A DNA stretch of 64,000 bases from a bacterium (GTDB lineage Bacteria; Chloroflexota; Anaerolineae; Aggregatilineales; Phototrophicaceae): contig JANRJJ010000026.1 in the NCBI GenBank assembly GCA_033764035.1, positions 46,840 to 110,839 on the forward strand, read 5' to 3'. Positions within the stretch are counted from its first letter, which is position 1. Each line of letters starts with the position of its first letter. The position numbers were made by a program, and so were the translations under genes. The notes under the pieces are model-generated. The model had not been told where the DNA came from and made no database searches. It saw only the letters and a program-made list of their open reading frames with translations. Positions 44,082 to 53,630 of this stretch are shown piece by piece.

Positions 44082-44861
44082 ATGAGCCGCTTTGCGGGCA
44101 AACGGGTTTTGATCACAGGCGCGGGGCAGGGGATCGGCAGGGCGATCAGCCTGGCGTTCGCCCGCGAAGGCGCATTCATCGCCCTGAACGATCTCGATGC
44201 GGGGCTGGCACAGGCCGCCGCTGATGCGATCAATGCCGAAGTGGGCGCGGCGCGGGTCACGCCGCTGGCGTTCGATACTGCCGATGTGGATGCGGTGCGG
44301 GCGGCGTTCGCGGCTTACCGCACCGTACCAGAGTCCGGCACACCGGAGATCGTGATCGCCAACGCCGGGCTGACGCACTTCTCGCCATCGCTGGCCATCA
44401 CCCCGGCGACATTCGACCGGGTGATGGCGGTGAATCTGCGCGGGACGTTTTTCACTGCCCAAACGGGCGCACAGGCGATGATCGACGCGGGCATACGCGG
44501 GCGGATTCTGCTCATGTCGTCGTGTGTGGGCGTGCGCCCGTACAACGGCCTGGGGATATACAGCGTCTCGAAGGCGGGGATCATCATGATGGCGCAAACG
44601 CTGGCAAGCGAATGGGGGCGCTACGGCATCACGGTGAACAGCATCAGCCCCGGCGCAACGCTGACCGAACGCACGCAGCGCGAAGAACCGGATTACGAGC
44701 GCGTATGGGGGACGATCAACATCACCGGGCGCGTTGGCCAGGTGGACGACATCGCGGCGGCAGCGCTGTTCCTGGCCGCACCCGAAGCCGGGCAGATCAC
44801 CGGCCATAACCTGCTGGTCGATGGCGGGTGGGCGCTGGTCACCCCGGTATCGAACGGGTGA
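44082..44861 (+). CDS. SDR family oxidoreductase
   Basis: LITGAGQGIG, ANAG, YSVSK, NSISPG. Confidence 0.92.
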   Translation: MSRFAGKRVLITGAGQGIGRAISLAFAREGAFIALNDLDAGLAQAAADAINAEVGAARVTPLAFDTADVDAVRAAFAAYRTVPESGTPEIVIANAGLTHFSPSLAITPATFDRVMAVNLRGTFFTAQTGAQAMIDAGIRGRILLMSSCVGVRPYNGLGIYSVSKAGIIMMAQTLASEWGRYGITVNSISPGATLTERTQREEPDYERVWGTINITGRVGQVDDIAAAALFLAAPEAGQITGHNLLVDGGWALVTPVSNG

Positions 44862-44871
44862 GACTTTTGTC

Positions 44872-45426
44872 TCACAGCACGTAGAGGCCAATCTCGTAAT
44901 CGGATACGCCGTCGATGCCGACCCAGAACGGGCGCACCAGTTCATACGGGCAGGTGCCTTCGACGACCAGGTCAAGTTCGATGGCGTACCGCCGGGCGGT
45001 ATCGTCACGGTCGATGCGGATCACGTCATGGCGGGCGGTGCAGCCATACCCGCGTGACCAAACGCCCGCCAGCACGCGGCCATCGGCAAAATCGAACGTT
45101 TCACGGCGGACAGGGCGGCGGCACAGACGGCTGTTATCGGCCAGGTCATAGAGCGCGGTCAGCTCGTCGGCGGAACGGATCACGAACGGGCGACCGGTCG
45201 CATCATGGACCGACTCGAAACACAGCCCGCTCATGACCGCGCTGGCATCGGTCATTTCCGGGGGGAACGGCAGCGGCGTGAACGGAGTCTCGGTCGGCGG
45301 CGGGGGAAACGTCGGGACGGGCGTGATGGCGATGGGCGGGGCGGGGATGGTCGGAAACTCGGTCGGGGCGGGTGTCGCGGCGCACGCAGCCAGGCACGCG
45401 ATCAGCAGCGCCAGGGCAAGGCGCAT
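44872..45426 (-). CDS. Putative lipoprotein
   Basis: MRLALALLIACLAAC lipobox, Pro/Thr linker, Cys-containing domain. Confidence 0.65.
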   Translation of the reverse strand: MRLALALLIACLAACAATPAPTEFPTIPAPPIAITPVPTFPPPPTETPFTPLPFPPEMTDASAVMSGLCFESVHDATGRPFVIRSADELTALYDLADNSRLCRRPVRRETFDFADGRVLAGVWSRGYGCTARHDVIRIDRDDTARRYAIELDLVVEGTCPYELVRPFWVGIDGVSDYEIGLYVL

Positions 45427-45587
45427 GACAGCGCACGCGAAACGAGCAGGCAGCATTTTCATCATTTTGGGACGGTATTCATGAATTTTGCGCATTCTTC
45501 AGTCGCCCATCCTCACAAACCATGTTATCATGATGATAATCAGAAGCGTAGACGATTTCATCCACCGCACGTTATCAGGCGTACCCA

Positions 45588-46319
45588 ATGCGTATTCTCA
45601 TCATTTCCGATATACATGCAAATCTGACAGCGTTTGAGACGGTTCTGGAAGACGCGGCCAACCAGTGGGATTACGTGTGGTGCCTGGGCGATGTCGTCGG
45701 TTATGGGCCAGACCCGAATGAGTCGGTCGAACGGCTGAAATCGCTCCCGCATTTATGTCTGGCGGGCAATCATGACTGGGCGGCATTGGGGCGGCTGGAT
45801 ATTCGCACCTTCAACCCGGACGCGCGCAAAGCCGTGAACTGGACGCGAGATACGCTGACGGCGGACAACATCGCCTATTTAGAAGCGCTGCCGACCACGT
45901 TCGTGCTGGGTGAATATACCCTGGCGCACGGCAGCCCACGCGAACCCGTGTGGGAATACATCCTGGAACCGCAAATCGCCGCGCTCAATTTTTCCCATTT
46001 TGAAACCCCGTACTGCCTGGTGGGGCATACCCATCAACCCGTGATTTATGAACTGGTGAGCGAACACGGCGATACCGAAGCGGTGATGCCCAATTACCGC
46101 CAGCAGCGCCAGTTGAACGGGCGGCGGCAGATCATCAACCCCGGCAGCGTCGGCCAGCCCCGCGATGCGAACCCGGACGCAGCTTATGCCATTCTCGATA
46201 TTGAAAAGCACATCTTCGAGCCGCGCCGCGTGCAGTACGATGTCGCCGCCGTACAAAAGCGGATGCGCGCTTACGACATGCCCGAACGGTTGATTGCCCG
46301 GCTGGAGCATGGCTGGTGA
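45588..46319 (+). CDS. Metallophosphoesterase (calcineurin-like)
   Basis: ISDIHAN, CLGDVVGYG, GNHD, HGS, VGHTH, NPGSVGQPRD. Confidence 0.92.
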   Translation: MRILIISDIHANLTAFETVLEDAANQWDYVWCLGDVVGYGPDPNESVERLKSLPHLCLAGNHDWAALGRLDIRTFNPDARKAVNWTRDTLTADNIAYLEALPTTFVLGEYTLAHGSPREPVWEYILEPQIAALNFSHFETPYCLVGHTHQPVIYELVSEHGDTEAVMPNYRQQRQLNGRRQIINPGSVGQPRDANPDAAYAILDIEKHIFEPRRVQYDVAAVQKRMRAYDMPERLIARLEHGW

Positions 46320-46347
46320 TGCGCCGTTTTCGCCCGGAACGCCCACG

Positions 46348-47148
46348 ATGAGCAAACGCCCTGCCCCCGCGCTGGACGTGATCAAGCCCCCCGACAAAGA
46401 CGGCGCAGAGCTTACGCCGACCATCCGCGATTATCTGGCGGAAATCTACCGCCTGAGTACACGTGGGAACGGGCGCGATTCGGCGGCTTATGAAGCGCCC
46501 GCCCCGCGCAGCGATGATGCCCGTCCGTATGTCAGCACATCCGCCCTGGCCGACCTGCTCAACGTGAGCGCGCCCGCCGTCAACCGCATGGTGAGCAAGC
46601 TGCGCGAAATGGGTCTGCTCGATCATGAGCCGTATCGCGGGATTGCGCTGACCGAAAGCGGACGGCGCGAAGCCCTGAAACAGCTTCGGCGGCATCGCAT
46701 CGTCGAAACGTTCCTGGTCAACGTGATGGGTTTTGGCTGGCACGAAGTGCATGAAGAAGCCGACGTGATCAGCCGGGCGCTGACCGAAACCATCGAAGCG
46801 CGCATGGCGGCGATGGCCGGAAACCCAACCGTCTGCCCGCACGGGGAGCCGATTCCCGCGCCGGATGGCACGATCCGCGAACCCGCCGACCTGCTGCTGA
46901 CCGAAGCGCCCGAAAAACAGCCGCTCGTGCTGACGCGGGTGCGCACCCGCGAACCGGATCGGCTGGAATACCTGGCCGCGCTGGGGCTGATGCCCGGCAC
47001 GCCGCTGGAAGTGATCCACATCGCGCCGTTTCATGGGCCGCTGCAACTGCGCATCGGCAAAGAATACCGCATCATCGGCCATAACCTGGCCGAAATGGTG
47101 CGCGTCGAGCCAGAGCCGCCCGATTCACCGAAGGACACCCGGTCATGA
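46348..47148 (+). CDS. DtxR/MntR-family metal-dependent regulator with FeoA-like C-terminus
   Basis: DYLAEIYRL, LTESGRREA..RRHRIVETFL, EVHEEA, CPHGEPIP, LGLMPG. Confidence 0.88.
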   Translation: MSKRPAPALDVIKPPDKDGAELTPTIRDYLAEIYRLSTRGNGRDSAAYEAPAPRSDDARPYVSTSALADLLNVSAPAVNRMVSKLREMGLLDHEPYRGIALTESGRREALKQLRRHRIVETFLVNVMGFGWHEVHEEADVISRALTETIEARMAAMAGNPTVCPHGEPIPAPDGTIREPADLLLTEAPEKQPLVLTRVRTREPDRLEYLAALGLMPGTPLEVIHIAPFHGPLQLRIGKEYRIIGHNLAEMVRVEPEPPDSPKDTRS

Positions 47149-47810
47149 TGCCGCTGCCCAATCTGCCGCTGGCTCCCGCCCCCTGGACGCTGCGCGGCGA
47201 TGCCTGGGTGCTGTTCTACGCCTTCCCGCGCCAGTTTTCCGAACGCCCTGGGGTGTTCGTTCGCCATCCCCGCGCCCGCGCACGGCTGCACATCGGCGCG
47301 GTGGCATGGGTCGATTATGCCGAAACCAACGTGGGGCCATACCGCGAACTGTTGATCGTCCCTGGCCTGTTCACGGGTGTCGATGGCAGGTGGGGCGCGA
47401 CGATCAGCCGCATCTACGTGGACAGTGCCGCGAGCGTGGTCGGCGGGCGCGGCAACTGGGGCATCCCCAAAGACCTGGCGGCGTTCGACATGCAGCGTGA
47501 GGCAAACGGAACCGAACGGCTGACCGCCCGTGTGAACGGCACGGTCATCGCCGCGATGGTGTGCCGCCCGTCCCGCGTGTCGGTCACCGGCTCGGTGCGG
47601 GCGGGGTTGGTGCCGCTCTTTCAGGAATGGGAAGGCTGCCTGTACCGTTACAGCTTCGGCGGCGGTGGGCGGCTGCACTGGCTGGATGTGCTGTCGATGC
47701 GCGGCGACGGGGAGTATTTCCCGGCGCTGACGGCTCTTTCCCCATTGGCCGCGTGCCGAATCACCGGGTTCACCACGACCATCGACGCATCGCAGGTCAC
47801 GCGGCTGTAA
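47145..47810 (+). CDS. Acetoacetate decarboxylase-like protein
   Basis: PAPWTLRG, VDYAETNVGPYREL, IYVDS..GRGNWGIPKDLA; overlaps the regulator stop. Confidence 0.75.
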   Translation: MMPLPNLPLAPAPWTLRGDAWVLFYAFPRQFSERPGVFVRHPRARARLHIGAVAWVDYAETNVGPYRELLIVPGLFTGVDGRWGATISRIYVDSAASVVGGRGNWGIPKDLAAFDMQREANGTERLTARVNGTVIAAMVCRPSRVSVTGSVRAGLVPLFQEWEGCLYRYSFGGGGRLHWLDVLSMRGDGEYFPALTALSPLAACRITGFTTTIDASQVTRL

Positions 47811-47817
47811 CGTCACG

Positions 47818-49605
47818 TCACCGGGCGATGGCGTGCTGCGCGGGAAACGGCAGTGTGATGGTGAATACGCTGCCTTTGCCGGGTTCACTTTCCGCCGTGA
47901 GCGTGCCGTTGTGCCGTTCGATCACGCGGCGGGCGACAGGCAGCCCCAACCCCAACCCCGCCGTTGAATGGGCATCATCCACGCGGTAGAAAATCTCGAA
48001 GGCGCGTTCCAGTTCGGCTTTGGTCATGCCCACCCCGGTATCGCGCACCTGAAGGCGTACGTCGGCTGCGCTTCGCATCAGCGTGACGTGAATCGTCCCA
48101 CCCTGGGGGGTGTATTGCAGCGCATTGGCGATCAGGCGGCGCACGGCATGGGTGAATTCCTGGGACGATACCGGTACGGGCGGCAGATCGAGATCGGCAT
48201 CGTACACAATCATCAGCCCTTTTTCGCTCGCCTCTGCGTTATAGCTGGCCGTGATCTCGTTGAGCAGCGCGTGCAGATCGATGGGCTGAAGGGTGAACTG
48301 GGGGTCATGTTCCAGCCGCGTCATGGTGGTCATGTCCTCCACCAGCCGCAGAATGGTATTCGCCTGGTCTTCAATGCGCTCGATCCGTGCTTCGCGGGCT
48401 GCCGGGTCAGCCGTGCGGCGCAGCAGGTATAAGCCGCTGTGAATCGTCGCCAGCGGGGTGCGAAATTCGTGCGAAATGCTGTGAATGAACGTGGTGAGCA
48501 GGTCGCGCCGTCTGCGTTCCAGTTCGAGCAGTACGGCGCGGTCTTCGGCATCCTTGAAGGCGGTGATGTCTTCGGCAATCCCGACCGACCGGTACGGCAC
48601 GCCGTCGCTGTTGTGGATCAGGTACGTGCGCGCCCATATCCAACGGATCGATCCGTCGTTCAGGATGATGCGGTAGCGGGTGTTGTAGGGTGCTTCACCT
48701 GCCAGATAGCGGCGGATCGCTTCCTGGTTGACGGCTACATCTTCCGGGTGCAGCCGCTTCAGGTACGCATCCGGGTCGATGAACAGTTCGCGTCCCGGCA
48801 GTTGAAACATCTCGTCATAGACCGGGTTGACGTACACATAGCGGCGGGTGTGCAGGTCGCGCACCCAGAACGAAACGCGGGCATGTTCGGCAATCTCGCG
48901 GATCACCTGGTCATTTTCGCGCATCTCCCGCTCGAATTCCACACGCTGGGTGATGTCTTCGCTCACGCTGCATATGCCGATCAGCACGCCGTAATCATCG
49001 TAGACCGGGTTATAACGGACGGTGAAATGGCGGGTTTTGCCATTGTTCATGTCTGCGAACGTCCAGGTTTCCTGAATCGATTCGCCAAGCTGCACCTGGG
49101 CGAAAATCGCCCAGAAGCGCTTGTAATACGGTTCGCCCAGCCGCTCCCCGCTGACTTCGCCCGGTTCCAGGCCGCGCCCGGTCAGATCGACCGCGTGCTG
49201 GTTCGCCAGCCCGTTCCAGGCGATCAGGCGGCCTTTCAGGTCGAACAGGGCATAAGCGAAGTTCGAGTGTTCCAGGATGGCGCGCATCAGCCCGCCGCTG
49301 AACGCGAGTGCCGACATGCGGGCGCGTTCGGCTTCGGTCTGTTCGGTCTGCCAGGACTCCATCATGCGGGCTTCGCGGATGCCCAACACATGCAGCAGCC
49401 CCAGAAACAGCGTGATGCCAATGCCGATCACAGCGACGGCGACCCCGCTCACCTCCTTGATCGCGTTGACATGCCACAGCAGATAGAACAGCGCCAGCAG
49501 CAGCGCCAGATACGCCGCGCCGATGAACGGCTCATGGATGCGTGGAAAAGGCACACGCGGGAACGATCCGCTATGGCCGCGGGATGGGGGAAGGGGTTGA
49601 CGCAT
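47818..49605 (-). CDS. PAS-domain sensor histidine kinase (orphan)
   Basis: 2 TM, two PAS domains, SHEFRTPL, NALQYT, DTGVG, GLGLGL. Confidence 0.88.
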   Translation of the reverse strand: MRQPLPPSRGHSGSFPRVPFPRIHEPFIGAAYLALLLALFYLLWHVNAIKEVSGVAVAVIGIGITLFLGLLHVLGIREARMMESWQTEQTEAERARMSALAFSGGLMRAILEHSNFAYALFDLKGRLIAWNGLANQHAVDLTGRGLEPGEVSGERLGEPYYKRFWAIFAQVQLGESIQETWTFADMNNGKTRHFTVRYNPVYDDYGVLIGICSVSEDITQRVEFEREMRENDQVIREIAEHARVSFWVRDLHTRRYVYVNPVYDEMFQLPGRELFIDPDAYLKRLHPEDVAVNQEAIRRYLAGEAPYNTRYRIILNDGSIRWIWARTYLIHNSDGVPYRSVGIAEDITAFKDAEDRAVLLELERRRRDLLTTFIHSISHEFRTPLATIHSGLYLLRRTADPAAREARIERIEDQANTILRLVEDMTTMTRLEHDPQFTLQPIDLHALLNEITASYNAEASEKGLMIVYDADLDLPPVPVSSQEFTHAVRRLIANALQYTPQGGTIHVTLMRSAADVRLQVRDTGVGMTKAELERAFEIFYRVDDAHSTAGLGLGLPVARRVIERHNGTLTAESEPGKGSVFTITLPFPAQHAIAR

Positions 49606-49701
49606 TTGAAGCGCTTTCCGGCGTTCATCCCATAAAATGCAAAACTATTTCATTATACCAGGAAGCAGCGCTGACAAGTATATAAGTTGTGGGTAGAAGC
49701 G

Positions 49702-49736
49702 CTCACCCCGTGTGAACGCCAGTCGCACGGGGTGAG
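49702..49736. terminator. Hairpin downstream of the decarboxylase gene
   Basis: CTCACCCCGTG/CACGGGGTGAG stem, extendable to 14 bp with one G-U pair; lies 20 bp past the stop. Confidence 0.6.
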
Positions 49737-49756
49737 GGGGTATTTTCAGATAGTTT

Positions 49757-50959
49757 TTAGTTCAGCACCGCGTGGAACATGTCCGATTCGGCGGCCAGGT
49801 CGCTGGGATGTTCAGGCAGCACGACCACCTGTGGGATGGGGAAGCCGTTGAAGGCGGCGGCGTATTCGTTGGTGTATGCACCCGCATCGTGGAACACCAG
49901 CCGATCCCCGATCTGAAGTTCGGGCAGTTCGACGTTCCGGGCGATCACGTCGCAGCTATCGCACGACGGGCCAGCCAGCGTATACGTCCGAAGCGGGCGG
50001 CCAGCGGCATCGAGCGCGCTCACCACTGGGGGAAACCCTTCATAGGTTTCCATCAGCCCGTTGAACACGCCGACATCCAGGTAGAGCCAGGTCTGGTCGC
50101 CCGTCGCGGTGCGGCGGATCGCCTTGCCTTCGATGGTGGCGAGCAGACGGCCACTTTCCCCGACCATGCCGCGCCCTGGTTCCAGCACGAACATCAGGTC
50201 ATGGCGCAGCGGGATGTACGCTTCAAGCGCGGCCATCACATCGCAGGCGATGCCTTCAATCGTCGGGATCGACGGGGTGTGGTAGCTGCCCGCCGGGAAA
50301 CCGCCGCCAATATCCAGGAAGTGGAAGTGATGACCCCGCGCTTCGGCGGCCTGCCAGACTTCACCGCACGCCCGGATCGCGTTGACCCAGTTGGCAGGGT
50401 TCAAACACTGAGAGCCGACATGGAACGACAGGCCAATCGGCTGCAAACCCAGGTCACGCGCCTGGTCGAACAGCGCGAGCGCCAGTTCCGCATCCACGCC
50501 GAACTTGCCCGCCAGGGGCAGCACGCTGCCGGTGTTATCGACCGCCAGCCGCACATAGACGCGCATTCCGGGGGCAACCTGGGCGATCTTGTCGAGTTCG
50601 TCGGCGCTGTCGGCCACGACCGCGTACACGCCTTCGGCCTGCATCCGGCGCAGGAAAGCCGGGGTTTTGACGGGGTTACTGCAAATGATCTGTTCACCTG
50701 GCGCGCCCGCCGCCAGCGCCTTATCGAGTTCGGGCAGCGAGGCGATTTCGAAGCCTGCACCTTTGCGACCGAGCAGGTCGAGGACGGCCTGGTTCGCATT
50801 GGCTTTCATGGCGTAGAAAATCAACCCTTGCACCTGGGGCGCACGGTAAGCATCGACAAAACGATCATAGGTTTGTGAAATGGCCTCGAAATCGAGGACG
50901 AGGGCGGGTGTTGCAACGAGCGGATTGTACAGTGCAGTGTCCAGACGAACCGTGTCCAA
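49757..50959 (-). CDS. Fold-type III PLP decarboxylase (ornithine/lysine decarboxylase)
   Basis: FYAMKAN, SFHVGSQ, LDIGGGF, EPGR, GPSCDSCD, GAYT; TTG start inferred 11 nt after AAGGAGG. Confidence 0.88.
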   Translation of the reverse strand: MDTVRLDTALYNPLVATPALVLDFEAISQTYDRFVDAYRAPQVQGLIFYAMKANANQAVLDLLGRKGAGFEIASLPELDKALAAGAPGEQIICSNPVKTPAFLRRMQAEGVYAVVADSADELDKIAQVAPGMRVYVRLAVDNTGSVLPLAGKFGVDAELALALFDQARDLGLQPIGLSFHVGSQCLNPANWVNAIRACGEVWQAAEARGHHFHFLDIGGGFPAGSYHTPSIPTIEGIACDVMAALEAYIPLRHDLMFVLEPGRGMVGESGRLLATIEGKAIRRTATGDQTWLYLDVGVFNGLMETYEGFPPVVSALDAAGRPLRTYTLAGPSCDSCDVIARNVELPELQIGDRLVFHDAGAYTNEYAAAFNGFPIPQVVVLPEHPSDLAAESDMFHAVLN

Positions 50960-51110
50960 CCGGACTAGATCCTCCTTGCAGGCTCTCCTGCGATACGCAG
51001 CGGGCATAAAAAAAACGGGGGCATTGCCATCCCCACGTCTTATCGTGAACAGCTTCCAGTATAGGGGAAATCGCACGGAAATTCCATTAGAATTGGGGAA
51101 ATTTCACCGA

Positions 51111-51210
51111 CATGGGTGACACGTCACCCGCATGGGTGACACATCACCGAAAGTGGTGACACGTCACCGAAAGTGGTGACACGTCAGCGAAAGTGGTGAC
51201 ACGTCAGCGT
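51111..51210. repeat. Tandem array of five 20-bp units with palindromic core GGTGAC-AC-GTCACC
   Basis: CATGGGTGACACGTCACCCG, CATGGGTGACACATCACCGA, AAGTGGTGACACGTCACCGA, AAGTGGTGACACGTCAGCGA, AAGTGGTGACACGTCAGCGT. Confidence 0.95.
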
Positions 51211-51785
51211 CCCCAGTCGATCACCCCGGTGAGCGCCCGCCATGTCTCGGTGATGCGGTCGATCATGTCGGCTTCGCTCAGCGTCGAGGTATCGATCTCG
51301 ACGATCTCCGGCAGGGTGCGTATCGCCCATTCGCGCCGCAGCGTCCCCAGCGCCAGCCCGCGCTCTTTCGGGTCATGGTAGCGTGCGCCCAATGCCAGGT
51401 GCAGCCGCTGCAAGACGGCATCGAGCGTCGCCACCAGGCAGATCACCGGGCCAGTCGCCCGCATCAGCGCGTAATGATCCGCGCCTAACAAGACCTGGCC
51501 GCTGATGTGGATCACGCTGCCGCGTGCCAGCGCGATCTCGTCCATCAGGTCGCTTTCGATGCTGCGCAGCCGGGCATCGCCATACTGCGCCCGCAGCGCG
51601 TCCGCCGTCGTGGCAGTGCGGTCTTCAAAGCGGGTGGCAAAGTCGAGAAACGGCATCCGCAGCCGTTCGGCGCAGCGGCGGGCGATGCTGAGCTGTTCCG
51701 GGCCGATATAACCCGTCAGCACCAGATTTTGATCGACGGGTGCGACTCCCGTCGTGGCCCCGTTGTACACGCCCGGCGTGACCAT
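51204..51785 (-). CDS. Shikimate kinase-like protein with degenerate P-loop
   Basis: NLVLTGYIG..ARRCAERLRMPFLD, LRSIES, VICLVAT, IDTSTLS match the SK/AAA_33 fold, but GKS/T is absent. Confidence 0.7.
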   Translation of the reverse strand: MVTPGVYNGATTGVAPVDQNLVLTGYIGPEQLSIARRCAERLRMPFLDFATRFEDRTATTADALRAQYGDARLRSIESDLMDEIALARGSVIHISGQVLLGADHYALMRATGPVICLVATLDAVLQRLHLALGARYHDPKERGLALGTLRREWAIRTLPEIVEIDTSTLSEADMIDRITETWRALTGVIDWGR

Positions 51786-52540
51786 CAGCGCCAGCCGGGG
51801 AACCAGGTATCGAGCAGCGGCAGGATGGCGTACAGGTCGCTGACGATGGCATCCGGCCTGATGCGCGCTTCATCGAGCGGGCGGCGCGGGCTGCGGCGCA
51901 ACACCGCCTTCATGCCCATCCCCTGCGCGCCGACGACATCGGCTTCGGGGTCATCGCCCACGAACACGGTTTCTTCGGGCGCAGCGCCGATCTTTTTGAG
52001 CGCCAGCTCGAAGATGGCCGGGTGCGGCTTCAGATAGCCCACGTCCGCCGCCGAAACGCGGCATTCCGGGAAATAATCAAGGATGCCGTGCTGCTCGAAC
52101 TCGACTTCGCGCAGCACCATTGGCTGAAAAGCGTTGGTGACCACCCCAACCTTGACCCCATGTTCGATCAGCGTGCGCAGCGTGGGCGGCACATCGGGAA
52201 AGACATACGTACCGGGAATTTTGCGCCAGCCGTAATGGCGCAGCAGGGTATTCTGATCGAGCTTATCGGCCAGCACGCCCAACGCAACCGCCGATTCCAT
52301 CAGCACTTTGCCGACGTGCGGCGCGATCATGGTGGTACGGGCATTCGTCCATGCAGCAATGGCGCGGTTGCGAAATTCGGTCATGTACGCTTCAAGATCG
52401 TCCAGGCCGCCGTTCAGATCGGTATTCAGATGATCGAACACGCCGCGCAGATGGTGAATTTCGTGGCTCGTCCAGTCGTCCTCGAACCGGCTCCAGTCGA
52501 TCAGCGTGTCGTCTACGTCGAACAGTACCGCTTTGAGCAT
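51785..52540 (-). CDS. HAD-family hydrolase
   Basis: VLFDVDDTL, VVTNA, KPHPAIF, FVGDD..DVVGA. Confidence 0.92.
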   Translation of the reverse strand: MLKAVLFDVDDTLIDWSRFEDDWTSHEIHHLRGVFDHLNTDLNGGLDDLEAYMTEFRNRAIAAWTNARTTMIAPHVGKVLMESAVALGVLADKLDQNTLLRHYGWRKIPGTYVFPDVPPTLRTLIEHGVKVGVVTNAFQPMVLREVEFEQHGILDYFPECRVSAADVGYLKPHPAIFELALKKIGAAPEETVFVGDDPEADVVGAQGMGMKAVLRRSPRRPLDEARIRPDAIVSDLYAILPLLDTWFPGWR

Positions 52541-52549
52541 GTTCAGCCC

Positions 52550-53512
52550 TTAAGAAACCTGCATCGCGGCGCGCCACGAAAGCAGCACGTCGTCGATACC
52601 CTGGCGATAGGTGGTGAAACGCGGCTGCCAGCCCAACAAAGTTTTGGCATCGGCATTGGAGGGGTGCGCGGCGGCGTTCAGCAGGCCGTACTGCGCCGCG
52701 CCCAACGCCAGCCGTGCCAGCGGCGCGGTCAGCGGGGAGGCGGCGGGCGCGCCAAGTCCCTGGCTTTCGCAGAAGTAGCCCAGGAAGGCGGCGGGCGCTG
52801 CCGGGTGATCATCGACCACATTCAGCCGTGCGCCGTTCACTTCGCTGGCGATGGCCGCTGCGATGGCCGCCGCCGCATCCTGCACATGGATGAACCCGGC
52901 GTGGGCATGGCTGCCACTGGTGAACACCGGGCGGCCAGCCTTGACCGATGCGATCAGCGTTTTCAGTTCCGGCACATCGCCGTAGGCATAGCCGAAGCGA
53001 AGGATGGCATAGGTCAGCCCGCTTTCGATCACCAGGGCTTCGGCGCGGGTGACCGCGTCGATCACAGGCTGGACGGCTTCATCGTCGCTGTGCAGGTCGG
53101 CAAAGGCGAAGCTGCCCTGCACGAAATACACCGCGCCCGCTTCTTTGGCGGCGGCCACGAGTGCCGCTGTGCCTTCCACCAGCAGATCGGCGGTTTCCGC
53201 CCAGTTGACGGGCATGAACGGAAGCTGGTTGGCGGCCATCGCCGCCAGGTTGACGACGACCAGGTTTTCACGACCCAGCGTCGTCATGGCGCTGCGCACT
53301 TCCCCGGCGCGGCGCAGCCCTGGATAAGCGGGCAGCCCACCATCGGCGCGGATCAGGCTGGCATCCTGGTGGCCGGCTCCCGTGCCGATCACTTTGTGTC
53401 CGGCGGCGCTGAGGTGGCGCACAACGGCGCGCCCCATCGATGTGGCCGCCCCGGTGATGAACACGCGCCTAACGGAGTCCGATGGCGACGGGGTCGTTTG
53501 TAGTTCGGTCAT
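52550..53512 (-). CDS. NAD-dependent epimerase/dehydratase family protein
   Basis: RVFITGAATSMG, ILRFGYAYG, FIHVQDAA, LLGWQPRF. Confidence 0.82.
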   Translation of the reverse strand: MTELQTTPSPSDSVRRVFITGAATSMGRAVVRHLSAAGHKVIGTGAGHQDASLIRADGGLPAYPGLRRAGEVRSAMTTLGRENLVVVNLAAMAANQLPFMPVNWAETADLLVEGTAALVAAAKEAGAVYFVQGSFAFADLHSDDEAVQPVIDAVTRAEALVIESGLTYAILRFGYAYGDVPELKTLIASVKAGRPVFTSGSHAHAGFIHVQDAAAAIAAAIASEVNGARLNVVDDHPAAPAAFLGYFCESQGLGAPAASPLTAPLARLALGAAQYGLLNAAAHPSNADAKTLLGWQPRFTTYRQGIDDVLLSWRAAMQVS

Positions 53513-53630
53513 TGGTGAACCCACTTTGTGCAAAATGGAACGGAATTGGTGCCGATTATGCCATGTTCGCGGCGGGGGTTCAACCTGTCGATCCCCTATC
53601 TGTGGGAGCGGGCGACGCAGCCGCCTTGCC

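Noticed and set aside
50960-51076. N-terminal extension MRFPLYWKLF.. of the decarboxylase ORF
   Set aside because: It runs through a promoter-like TATACT, an A8 tract and a strong SD; more likely a 5' leader than coding sequence.
51111-51210. Possible CRISPR array
   Set aside because: The units are directly adjacent with no unique spacers, and there are no cas genes in the window.
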